A DNA stretch of 64,000 nt from Octopus bimaculoides. Its lineage: Eukaryota. Positions 35,961 through 48,200 of this stretch are shown piece after piece (position 1 is the first letter of the stretch; every line of letters starts with the position of its first letter). The translations under genes were made by a program, and so were the position numbers. The notes under the pieces are model-generated. The model was not told where the DNA came from. It saw only the letters and a list, made by a program, of their open reading frames with translations, and made no database searches. Location of the stretch: the NCBI RefSeq assembly GCF_001194135.2, contig NC_068987.1:8789670-8853669 (forward strand), in the 5' to 3' direction.

Positions 35961-38900
35961 CATTGATCTAGCATAACTCTGCTAGCCCCAGCATATTTCC
36001 TTTCTTTACTCTCATTTACCTCTTTGATGTGATTCTCTTGAAGAATGGAAAGTCCATAGAAAATCACTTGTCTTGATCCTTCTGAGATCAGTACCCTATC
36101 TAGCCTTAGTGATGTTAAGGGAAAAAAGGAGATAATAGAAGATAATAGCAAAATATAAAAATGAGAATCAAGATTGGCATCAATGGATTGAGAATAAAAT
36201 AAAATTCTAGAATATTCTTTACCCTTTCTTAATGTTTTCTATATTCTGGGACAATTATGGCGCCACTGAATATTTCATCTTATGAGGTGTAACATAAGCA
36301 AGTTAACCTACGGGAACCCTCTTGCAAGGGAAAAAGCATACGACAACTACTTTGCAGGTCCTCTTCTATTATCGATCTTGTCCAGAAGGGATATATTCAT
36401 GAGAGCCCTACCTGCCAAACTTCTGGCCAGAACCTAATGGCAAATACACTGACCTCACACAGCAACTATGTCTGTTCTAAACAACAGTTGCAGGGAAAAG
36501 AGGCCCAAGCTGGTAGTCCTTCTGCTTACATAATGTCAGATCCCAATACTTCTGACAAGTCCCTGTAGCCACTTACATGACATCACTCACCTTATACTTC
36601 TGGTAAAGTCCCCACCTTCAGCCCCTCAATGTTCATTGTAAAGTTTGAACTCAGCTTTTAAGTTAATAAAACCTGTGTTTTGTACAGTGCACCATCAAAG
36701 CTACATGATGCACATTTACAGTTGATATGAATAAAATGTCTTATTCACTGAGTGAACAACAGTTAAAGCTCTGATACCATCATGTTAAGTTCAAGGGTAT
36801 AGGCAATAACCTCAAGCAGTTTCAGTGACACTCTGTTGAATTGTCCAGTTATGGACTCAACTAACATATTAGCTCCTGAGCCTCATTTCATTGTTTTACT
36901 CCAGAGTCTCAATGTTCCCTCCTAAGTCATGGAGACTTATAGGGCTGGCTTCCCAGGTTCTCTGGTGTATATACTTCTCCTGGACAGGTCACCGGTCCAT
37001 TGCAGGAACACTCATTTTTGCCAGCTGAGTGGACAGGAGCAATGTAGAATGAAGTGACTTGCTCAAGAATACAATGCACTGCTCAGTCCAGGAATTGAAA
37101 CCACAACCTTACAATCATGAATCCAACGTCTTAACCACTAAACCACATGCCTCAACAAAAAGTCCCAAGATATCTTAATTAATTTTGATATGAATGCCAT
37201 AATATTTTTTCACTATATCATATATCAGACAAGGATCACATGGATAGTGGTTTTTGGCCATGACCCATTGGGGGATCATTTGGTACCTTCTGTCTTGCTA
37301 ATTATATTTTCTGTTTATTCTGTCTTTTATTTTACCTCATTACATGATGAAACTCAGTATGATATAAACGTGAAAGTCAAAAGAAAAAAAAACAATGACT
37401 AAAAGAAGAAACAGAAGAAATTTATAGAATATGGATAAAATAAAAATGTTGTTCTAGTGTACCGTAATCCCATATTTAAGCAATCGTAGCATGCCAGGTC
37501 CCAGAAGGCTCATAGAAAAGAAATAATGAGGTGACCCACTGAAGGGCTGAGTGGCTCTTGCTAATATACCACCCCCAACCCTCCAGTGGGTTGTGAAGGA
37601 GCCAATATGTTAATAGTATTACTAATAGTATTACACAATATGTAGCTATTTATATTCAAAACATGTTTTTGATAGGCAGGCTGTAGACAGATTAAAGAGT
37701 CTTTCATTATGACGATCAAGAATATTCTCAAAAAAGAAACGGTAATATGACAGTTGTGAAAACTAAGGTGATGAACTGCTCTTCACATGGTTAAACGTTC
37801 AACACTAGCTGCATCTCTTACCTCATGCCACCCAAGCAAGATACTTAACACTGAGAACCTAAAGCTGCTGAGGTGATAAAGACATAAAAACACTTGCATT
37901 TCATTGTGGAGTGGATTATGGTGGGAAGAACGAGAAACTAGAAAGAATATTTGTGTCTTCTGTTAGACTGTGGCCATGCTGGGGTTACAGCCTTGAAGGT
38001 TTTAGCTGAAGAAATTGACCCGGTGCTTACTTTTTTTAAAGTCTGGTACTTAATCCATCAATCTCTTTTGCCAAACTGTGAAGTTGCAAGGATGTAAACA
38101 AATCAACATTGGTAGTGGGAAACAAACACACACGTGACAGGCTTTCATTTAGTTTCCATCTACCAAATTCACTCACCAAGTACCGGTTGGTCCAAGGCAA
38201 TAGAAGATACTTGCTCAAGGTGCTGCACAATGAGACTGAACCCAAGCTTCTTAACCACACAGCCATGTCTGCACCTATGCAAATATCTTAGTTAAAAACA
38301 CCATCTTATTTATTCTTTATTGGAGGGAGAGAGGGAGAGAGAGAGAGAGGGAGAGGGATGGAGGGGAGGGGGGAGAGAGAGAGAGAGAGGGGGGTATCGT
38401 AGAATTAAAGATCTACACCAAAATGTTAGCAGTAAATGAAATACAAATGTAGCTTATATCTCCATCTGGAGATTATCCTAACTATATTTCCCTCTTCGGT
38501 TAAACAGTTAATTACTAGACAATTATTCTTTGCAAGCCTAGTATTTATTCTATCAGTCTCTTTTGCTGAACTGCTATGTTACAGGGACGTAAACACGCCG
38601 ACATTGGTCATCAAGCGATGGTGAGAGGACAAACACGCACACACATATATATATGACAGGCTTCTTTCATTTTCCATCTACTAAATTCATTCACAAAGCT
38701 TTGGTTGGTCTGAGGCTTAAGTCATCCCAGGGAGGATGCCTGCCAATTATATTTATATATAAATATATGTGTATGCATATACATCTGTGTCTCTTTGTGT
38801 TCAAGCTGTGTTTGTCCCTCTGCCTCCACTCGACAACCAGTGTTGATTTGTTTACATCTCCCATAACTTAGCTGCTCAGCAAAAGAGATCAATAGAATGA

Positions 38901-39043
38901 ATAACAACCTTCAAATATAAGCACAGGGGTCAATTTATTTGACTAAACTATTCAAAGTGGTAATTTCACATGACAGCAATCCAATGGCAAACCAGTCAAA
39001 AAGAATATATATATATATATTCTTTATTATATATTTCATGTTA

Positions 39044-39370
39044 GTGAAGGTGCATGGCTCAGTGGTTAGAGCGTCAGATAGTGAGTTCAATTCCCGGATG
39101 AGGCTGCGTGTTGTGTTCTTGAGCAAGAACATTTTATTTCACGTTGCTCCAGTTCACTCAGCTGTAGAAATGAGTAGTGACGTCACTGGTGCCAAGCTGT
39201 ATCAGTCTTTGCCTTTCTCTTGGATAACATCAATGGCATGGAAAGGTGAGGTCGGTGTCCATGGACTGCTTGTCTTCCATAAATAACCTTGCCCAGACTT
39301 GTGACTCTGAGGATAACTTTCTAAGTGCAATCCCATGGTCATTCATGCCTGAAGGGGGTCTTTACCCTTT
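39044..39370 (+). mobile_element. tRNA-headed SINE family D, full length
   Basis: gtgaaggtgcatggctcagtggttagagc head, gttgctccagttcactcagctgtagaaatgagt core; 16-bp TSD tatatatttcatgtta at 39028-39043 and 39371-39386. Partial copies at about 19000-19146(-) and 36930-37155(-). Confidence 0.9.
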
Positions 39371-39963
39371 TATATATTTCATGTTAATGTGTTTTATAGA
39401 GACCTACAAATTTATATTTATTTGAAGTGTTTTAATTTATTTAAGTGTTCAGTGGCTTCATAGAAAGGAAACTATTGTTCCAACTCAGGAATTTCCTGTA
39501 CATTTTAGAGATATAAGATTCAAATAAGGTTACAAATAAGCTTAATTTTCTGAGAATTACCAGGTAACACACATGCTAGTTATAAAACATCAACAACAAG
39601 CAGGATAGTAGAAAACAACAACAACAACAAGAGTAACAACAAATGAAAAGAACAGAAACAACAATAACAAGTAGGTAACCCACAACAATACCAAAAAGAA
39701 GCCAAGACAATGATGCAACATTTTTGAGAATTCAACCTAGTTTGTTAATAAGGTATCTGGAGTCTAATTTAAATGAAACTGAAACAGAAAGTAGTCAGTT
39801 TCTGGTTGAGAATTAATTGTTTGCTGTTAATAAGATGGATTCAATGTACTTTAAACAATATAGAGTTTATTTCATTATTGCTTACAATATTACATTTAGT
39901 CTTTGTTATAACAATAAATAAATACGTTCTTTTCAGAGTCTAGAAAATTCAGTTATAAAATAA

Positions 39964-40337
39964 AGGTGCAGGAGTAGTTGTGTGGTAAGTAGCTTGCTTA
40001 CAAACCACATGGTTCCGGGTTCAGTCCCACTGTATGGTAACTTGGGCAACTGTCTTCTACTATAGTCTCGGGCCAACCAATGGATTTGGTAGATGGAAAC
40101 TGAAAGAAGCCTGTCGTATATACATATATATGTTTGTGTGTCTGTGTTTGTCCCCCCATCATCGCTTGACAACTGATGTTGGTGTATTTATGTCCCTGTA
40201 ACTTAGCGGTTCAGCAAAAGAGACGGATAGAATAAGTACTAGGCTTACAAAGAATAAATCCTGGGGTTGATTTGTTCGACTAAAGGTAGTGCTCAAGCAT
40301 GGCCACAGTCAAATGACTGAAACAAATAAAAGAGTAA
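39964..40337 (+). mobile_element. SINE family B (B1), near full length
   Basis: High similarity to 54537-54950; immediately followed by a piggyBac MITE. Confidence 0.9.
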
Positions 40338-40348
40338 TGTAAATTTAA

Positions 40349-40562
40349 CCTTTTAGCATTTAAATCAACCATATCTGGCCCAAATATTCTATCTGTTTTA
40401 TGTTGAAATCAACCAGATCCAGCTTCTCGCACCTACCCTACAATGTCAAAGATATACAATCACAATACTGAAATCTTGAAGTTACAAAATAATACATGTT
40501 TAATTCAAAATAATGTAAATAAATAAGCATTATATTGATGGAATAATCTGAACACTAAAGGG
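40349..40562. mobile_element. piggyBac-type MITE (same family as 23423)
   Basis: TTAA|CCTTTTAGCATT ... AACACTAAAGGG|TTAA; shared internal ccaaatatt...cagatccagc...cacctaccct. Confidence 0.8.
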
Positions 40563-40668
40563 TTAAGATTGCAATAATTTCCATAAAGACATTAAGAATT
40601 TTCTTCTTATAATCAGAACTATAGTCAACTTACAGGTGATGATGATTGTTATCATAAGCACAAGAGCT

Positions 40669-40833
40669 ACTAGTGTAGCTAGCAGGGGGCGGTAGGGGTG
40701 GTCTGCCCCGGGTGGCACTTTCAAAGGGGGTGACACTTTTGAGTCCGTTCTAGGCAAAATGCATTTTTTGTGGTGCCTGGGGGTGGCAAACGGAAGGGCC
40801 ACCCCGGGTGGCACACACTCAAGCTATGCTAAT
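40669..40833. mobile_element. GC-rich hAT-like MITE remnant
   Basis: Eroded TIRs tagtgtagctag / aagctatgcta and internal repeated ccccgggtggcac. Confidence 0.5.
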
Positions 40834-42385
40834 GACGAGCTATATTTTGTAGAATGAGACTGTCATTTGACTGTTACGTACTTTAGTAACCCTGGAAAGT
40901 TGAAAGGCAAATTCTACCCTGGCAAGATTTGAACTTAGGACAAAGGCATATCCCTAAATGCTAGAGAGATATTTTCTCAGCTATTCTAGAAATTCTGCTA
41001 CTTGCTTCTCTTCAATGATAATAACAATAATCATTATAAGTTGCATCCTAAAGCCCAAAGTGGTATAATACAATAATGAAGTACATTAGATATTTTTGCA
41101 GTATCATATCGTTAACTAATTAATTAGTCATACAAACTCATTTCATTGAACTATAAGAACTAATGTGAATCAATTAAGCAAAATTCAAACAACATTAATT
41201 TTGTAATAAGTTATGTAATCTGAACTGCATGAAGAATTTTTTTTTTCCTATCGAAGTCAGGTTACCAACTTGTTGCATTTGTTGTGAATGGAAACTCTGT
41301 GTGTGTGTGTATAGACACACACACATGTATGTATGAGTGTATATATCATTATATAAAAAACAAAAGACAGAGACAGGTGAAGGAACAAGAAACAATGTAA
41401 AATAGAAGAGTCATTGACAGTTCAAGCCTTATATGTAAACACACTCTCTATCTCACTCACACACGCACAAATTATACAAGACATAACCTTTTCCAAAATA
41501 AAATCTAGCCAATCCCAATAACCAATTTAAATTTTAAATATGTTATCTCAATACCAAAAATTCCAGCAAAATGAAGTTAGTATAAAGTCAGTCCTAAACG
41601 AAAATATCAATACATTCAGTAATTGAGATTTGTCTATCACTAGACTGAATTACTTTTATAAATTATATTGAATAAAAATTATAGCAAGCTGAAAATTGAT
41701 ATCAAAAGCGATATAGATCATATAAATTGATTTTAAAATAAGTTTGTTTTTATTATTTTTCTCCACTCTACAGTAATTCTGTAGATCTTTAGAAATATTT
41801 AATAAAAAATACATCACTGTGTTTGTTTTAAAACAAATATTTTATTTAAAATCATATTAAATAGAATGAATATTAGATGTATAAGTTGAACTGAGTAATA
41901 ATATTAAATGCGATTTTGTTGCTGTTTTGAAAGTGTGTATGAAGAAATGATTGAAATGACTATAAGATCATTTTTGTAAAGAAACAGGAGAAATTTCCAA
42001 GGCAAAGATAAGATTTTAAAATTACCAAGTTTACAATTTTTTATATGAATTTGTTCACTCATTAAATTCAGTATACTTTCTGACATATGATTAATTCATC
42101 TACATTATTATCTGTCTATGCATGTGAATAACTGCCTGTATATGTATAACTGCAGATATTTTCATATGACTGTTAATTTGATGTTTACATTCATGTGTGC
42201 CTATTTGCATTTGTGAAATATATGTAAACAAATTTCTAACAAATCATTACTGTCTTTTGAAAAATATATGGAACAGAAATGAAATTAATTTTAAAAAATG
42301 GGAGAAAACTGAAGAATAAATTAAAAAAAAAAAATTAAATAACCAAAACATTACATGAAAAAAAACAAAAAAAAAACAAACTTAC

Positions 42386-42394
42386 ATCCCCCAT
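42386..42394 (-). CDS. Candidate first-exon coding stub M-G-D
   Basis: Minus strand reads AAACAATGGGGGAT|GTAAGT: strong Kozak-like context plus a consensus phase-0 donor, at the end of a repeat-poor promoter-like region. Confidence 0.35.
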
Positions 42395-43300
42395 TGTTTC
42401 TTTTATAATCCAAATATAATTGGTAATAAATTAAATACTATTTGAAGAAATTTGGTACTGACAGCCTCAAATAACATAAGTTTTAAGAATCTACAACTGT
42501 TCTGATAGACAATGCCAAGCAACTGTAGGGGTTGCTTGGCATTTTGAGGAAATAATTATTCTGCTTGGAACAGTAGGTGGTAGAACCAAATGAGACCAAG
42601 TGTGTATGTGTGAGTGTATGTGTAGATGAGAGAGAGGGAGTGAAGGGAGAGAGAGAGAGAGGGAGTGAAGGGAAAGAGGGAGGGCAGAGGAATAAAGGTA
42701 AAGTGGGAAAACATTCTAGTTTCATACTGTAAGACTAACTGTTGCACGAACTCGAAAAATAGAAAGAGAATAGAAGATTATCAACTTTCAACTTTGATTA
42801 CTTAAAAAGCAAGTTAGTGAGAAGCGAAAAGAGAGTGAGTAAAGCGAGTGCCAAGAACTGGGAGGAATTCTCTGAATGGTAAAAATGTGGAATCTATCTC
42901 CACTGGCAGAGTGAATGTCAGTTCAGACACTAACAAAGAACATGCTAACTTTACTAAGAGGGGGGGGGGAGGGTGGAAGAAGAGAGGTGGAGGCAGTCGA
43001 GAAACAGATAGGAAATGTTCAAATGAAAAGTAAAAAGTATACTACCCTAATCATTATCTCTGCTGTTAGTAATTTCTCTTTTTCTGCGAGTAGGTCGATG
43101 CAAGTCTTGACCGAAGTAGAATAATAGGCGAATAAATGCAGCTAACAATAGGCAATTATGCTTTACTTAAACAGTCAGCCAATAGATCCAATTAACCACT
43201 TTTGGCACATGCTGATTGATAGTAGGCTGTGGTTAACAACAAGGTGAAAATATACACCTAATAAACACACCTCTAAATATCAACAGCAATTGTTTTAGCA
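42386..43300 (-). promoter_or_regulatory. Repeat-poor promoter or 5' leader-like island
   Basis: No recognisable SINE over about 1 kb; GA/purine tracts (about 42625-42700 and 42958-42995), a CCAAT near 43179, a perfect 13-bp palindrome at 42511-42543, ending at an ATG plus donor. Function is inferred only. Confidence 0.3.
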
Positions 43301-45434
43301 ATCAGTAATAAATAGCAATTAAAAACAAATGAGAAAGTTTACAGTCAGAGGAATTATTTTTAGGTAAAATACTAGTTGCTTAATTATCAAGTAAATCATA
43401 TTTATAGGCCTTTCAAAGTGATATGATAATTCATCAATAGTAATTGGCCTTTCAAATCTTGCCAAATTATAATAATAAGTTACCGGAAACTGTCACACTT
43501 GAACGCTAATGAATTTCTAAATATAGGGTGTTATTTTCTTCCGGCTTTTAATCTAATTACAATCACTCCATAATTTTGGAGATAAAAAGTAAATATTATG
43601 ATCTTTTGATAATATGATGAAAGAAAAAAAACCTTAGTACATCATCACCATATTGATTTTTCTCAGGAAATATAGAAAACCAATACATGTTTATAGATCA
43701 GTGATTTTGTGTTAGTATTTTGTAGATTACCTCCAGACATATTTTTGATGCTGTAATTGTTTCGTGTTTTAGGTTATATTTTCTTTTACTCACTCGCTTA
43801 CGGTTGGACAGATCTATAAGTTTATAGAATTGCTTATTTTCTCGACTAAGTTACATTATTAACAAAACTTCTCATACTAGAAGTAACTATTGCAAGAGCT
43901 CTACTCCTGTTAATTGAATTCCTTATATTGCACTAAACCATCACCTGGTAATAACGCTTCCTACCTTCTCAGGTGATGTCCAAAAGGACATGTTATAGAA
44001 ATGTAACGATTTAAGAAAAGCAGTGCAGATGCATATATATGTGAGATACAGAAAAACAGACAGACTGTGTATATGTAATCACAAATTAGCTCTATAACAG
44101 GAGTTAACAAAACACAAGTAGCTACTTAAATTGATATTACAACACTAATCAAAAGTCAAGAATGGATTAAAACAAATCTTTACACACCCCCACCCCAAAT
44201 TGATTCGATATACATTGACTCTGAATTTATAAGCATAATTTATAAGTATGCTATACATTCATTCATATGTTCATATGTGTGTGTATGAATGAATAATAAG
44301 GGGTGACCAAAAGGGTGAGTGATAGAAGTGGCATCTAATGATAAAAGTACTGCCTCAGAACATCAATCTAATCAATGGCAGCATAGAGGAGCAAATGTAA
44401 AATGATGATGATGATGATGATGACTAACACTATCACTGCCACCACTTCATCATCATCATCATCATTTTATATCTCCTTCATGGTGGCATGGGTTGAATGG
44501 GGTTATGGTTGGGTACCATATTTGTCACAATACTTAGTCACCTCTTAAAAATACAGGGACACAGTGTAACCAACTATTAGGATCATTTAGAGAGTGAAGC
44601 AGATAGGGAGACACCCTAGGTCCTTACCAGTGATCTAGGACCATAAAAAATATGTTTGGAAAGGACATATTTCCTAGTCAAAAAATATATTTCTTAGCAA
44701 TGATGAGCAGCAATCTTTTCTAGCTGGCATCTTTAAAGCCAGGGATCACGATGGCAAGCTACCCGAGGGAGACTGGAAAAGATGGAATCAATGCATCATT
44801 TTTGACAATAGAAATCACTAGAGAGCTACCGCTGAAAAATGGAGGAAATTATGGAACAGAATTCCTGAGTATGAATGTAGAAACTGCATGGTACATAATT
44901 CAATTGTAATGGGCAGAGAGCTTGAACAATAAATTGATTCAATCAGATGCATGCATCATATGCTAACTATCCAGAGGTCATTCAGAATCAACCGTGTGAA
45001 ATCATTTGCATCAAATTTCAATGGAATCATATTAGACCTTTAAGATGTTCAGAATCTTAATCTGATGCAAAAGACCAGGAGTGAAGTAACAGGGATAATT
45101 AAATAAACATCTTCTTTGAGATGCACATTCATATCATCTATTTGGTTCAATATTCTTGATCTGAGATATGGTATTACAGGCAAAAAGTGCCAGTGTTTGA
45201 TACAGAAGTGAACAATATAGAATGCTCAGTAAAAATACAAAGAAACTGCAAGATTAATTTGTCACTCTACTGACATAGTTAAAACACATCACCAACAGTC
45301 TTAAAATTGACATTATCATATTTGATGGGAAATAAAATGCACTTTTTCCTCCCAAAAATGTCTCAAATAAAATCACTCTGTATCCTATATGCAAAATTGG
45401 TCCTCACATAAGCTTTAATGCCCTAAAGCTTCTT

Positions 45435-45664
45435 ATTTCTTTATTGCCCACAAGGGGCTAAACATAGAGGGGACAAACAAGGACAAACAAAGGGATTAAG
45501 TCAATTACATCGACCCCAGTGCATAACTGGTACTTAATTTATCGACCCTAAAAGGATGAAAGGTAAAGTCGACCTCGGCGAAATTTGAACTCAGAAGGTA
45601 AAAACAGACGAAATACCGCTAAGTGTTTCGCCCGGCGTGCTAACGTTTCTACCAGTTCGTTGTT
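45435..45664 (-). mobile_element. SINE family A (A1) inserted into an older pogo-like MITE remnant (about 45335-45745)
   Basis: 12-bp TSD ctaaagcttctt at 45423-45434 and 45665-45676. Confidence 0.88.
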
Positions 45665-45879
45665 CTAAAGCTTCTTTTCTCCTAAATATGAGTTGTTGAA
45701 ATTAGGATGCATCTAAAATGCCCATATATCTTTTATGCCATCAAATATGATAAAGAAAATGATGATGATGATGATGAAAATGAAACACTGAGAGGTAAGT
45801 CTTTTGCATGAGAACTAATCAACAGTGCCAGGCAAAAAAAAAAATCTCAATACATATGTAGTATCATTATTTTGGACTG

Positions 45880-46216
45880 TGAATTCTATCATCGGTGATC
45901 TAGCAAAAAAGATTTGAAGCTGCAGACAAAATTTCCAATACTTTTTCATTTTTCTAGCAACATCTGTCTATAAAAGAAAATCCTCCAACTACAAAGTACA
46001 TGTCATTTGCAGAAACTGACAACAGTGACGTAAACAGCAAAGAACCAAGAGCTTTCAAATGAATTAATCACTAGAAAAAAAAAACTTTCACTGCGGTAAC
46101 TTTGAAAAACTACAACATAAACCCATTGATATACTCAACAAAATATACAGCTACAAGTTGAAAAGCATAATTCCGAATCTTAGTGCATCACTGCAGATTT
46201 TTATCACAATACCTGC
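45880..46216 (+). mobile_element. hAT transposase C-terminal fossil
   Basis: KRFEAADKISNTFSFF and PIDILNKIYSYKLKSIIPNLSASLQIFITIPA resemble the hAT dimerisation region (PNLSIALRIFLTIP). Confidence 0.6.
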
Positions 46217-47868
46217 AGTGTATGAGACACTATGGCACAACCATTTTGGCATCACCAATTTGGTGTCACTCAATGCTGACAGCCAACATTTTGATTAAAG
46301 ATAGACATTTTATTTTTTAAAGTAAAACCTCCTCCATACGTTTACATTACACTTGGTCAACTTGAACTGTCAGAGACATATTGATCTCTTAATATTATGC
46401 CATTGGCATTTTAGCTATTGATCATTTGTGTGACAAAAATCCCATTTTTTATTTTTTGTTATTTCAAGTTGGAGTGATCAAAGATATTATCAGTGCTTTT
46501 CTTTCAGACAAAAAAAGAAAAAACAAAAAAAAAAACCAGAAAAAAAAGAAGAAAAAAAAGATTAAAATGTTCCCTCTAAACTTGATATGTTACAATAAAG
46601 AAGAAATTCAGGAAAGTAGATTTATTTCAAGCAGAGATTTCATTTTAGGCACTGATATATTTAATGGAGAAATATCAATGATAAAATGGAACAGTCAAGG
46701 ATTGTCTTGAACAAAACACACACAGACATTTTATGAAATTTTGTTTTGTGTATAAAGACAGAGCAACCTGTATGGATAAATAAGTGGTGTGTGCATTGGC
46801 AGAAATATTGAAGAAAACTTTCGAAATATTGTGCTGATACAACAGATAAAAGATGCAGACATATGAAATTCAAAGCTTATGAACGTCAGCTAAATTTTAG
46901 TTGAATCAATAGATGAATTCTGTTATGTCAGTTATTTTGTTGCTGTTGTTGTTGTTCTTGTTGTTGTTGTTGTTATTTGGCAGCTCAGTCGCTTCTTGGT
47001 GAGCAGATTTATTGATACAGCTCTAGTTAATAAAAACTTTGATGATGTCTCTCAAAGTTAGGGGGAAAAAAAAAAGACTGATCTAGTTTCAAACAATATA
47101 TCCAAGTTATAATAATTTATTAAAGAGATATGATGTTTTAAATTTATAGAGCTGGAGAAATGAGATTGTGTGATGTTCATACTGACAGCATTTATAACAA
47201 GAACAAAAATATCTTCTCATAAACTGTAGTAGGTCATTAAGTTAAGGTTTAGCTCTAGGCAGTTAGTTTATCACAGGTAACTTACCTGCAAAGCTATTCT
47301 GATAAAATAAAATGCCTGCAGTATGATAAAGAGTTCACTCTTAATTGTATTTAATTAATCAAATTGCTGAAGAGTGAATGAATATGAAAACCAGAATCTG
47401 AAAAATCTAGTTGTAGGTCTGTATCAGCAATAGCAAAGGAACAAAATGTCAAAAATAAAAATAAAACCCAAATGTTTTATCAAGAGAAAGGTGCAAATAG
47501 AGTACAATGGTCGTTATAGGTCTGTCAGGTGAGATGGAGTAGGAGATGATGAGTATACTGAGTCAGAAAAGGTAATAAAGTTAGTAAATTCAAGGAACAG
47601 AGATTACGGAAATCAAATGAGTGAAGGGTTAAGTTACAGAACTAAACTGAAAACCAATTACACAGTTAAACTGACAATATTATAGATTTAACGAACAAAG
47701 TTTTATCATTCAATTAATTTGTGGTGCACATGAGCACTGTATCCAACAAGTTTATTATTATTATTTTTTTCTAACCTTAATTATGATTACTTGTATTAAA
47801 ATGTATAGCTCTATAAATGAGTAACTAGTAAATGCAATTCCAAAGATTACAATATTTTAATATTCACT

Positions 47869-48200
47869 AAGGCAGGAAACTGGCAGAATTGTTAGCATGG
47901 CAGGCAAAATGCTTAGCAGCATTTTGTCTGTCTTTGTGTTCTGAGTTCAAATTCCACCAAGGTTGACTTTGCCTTTCATCCTCTCATGGTCGATACATTA
48001 AGTACCAGTTGAGCACTGAGGTAGATGTAATCAACTTACCCCTTCCATGAAATTGCCGGCCTTGTGCCAAAATTTGAAATTAATATTCGAATATTCATTT
48101 CTAATTTAGGAACAAAGCCATACATGTTTGTGGTTATAACAGTAGTTGATTGGTAGTTATTTATTAACCCTAGAAGGATGAAAGGCAAAGTCGACTTTGG
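47869..48200. mobile_element. Inverted pair of SINE family A copies (+ 47869-48075; partial - about 48095-48200)
   Basis: gtcgactttgcctttcatcc-type core in both orientations. Confidence 0.75.

Noticed and set aside
36576-36690. Two tandem consensus donors on the minus strand (AAG|GTGAGT at 36590 and CAT|GTAAGT at 36576)
   Set aside because: All frames upstream are closed; could be a UTR exon but nothing else supports it.
38320-38396. Long purine (GA/G) tract, potential triplex or G-quadruplex
   Set aside because: Ordinary (GA)n-type microsatellite, abundant in this genome; no specific context.
44780-44930. Tc1-like C-terminal peptide echo (KMEEI/WNRIPEYECR)
   Set aside because: Too short and decayed, no TIRs found; not supportable as a feature.
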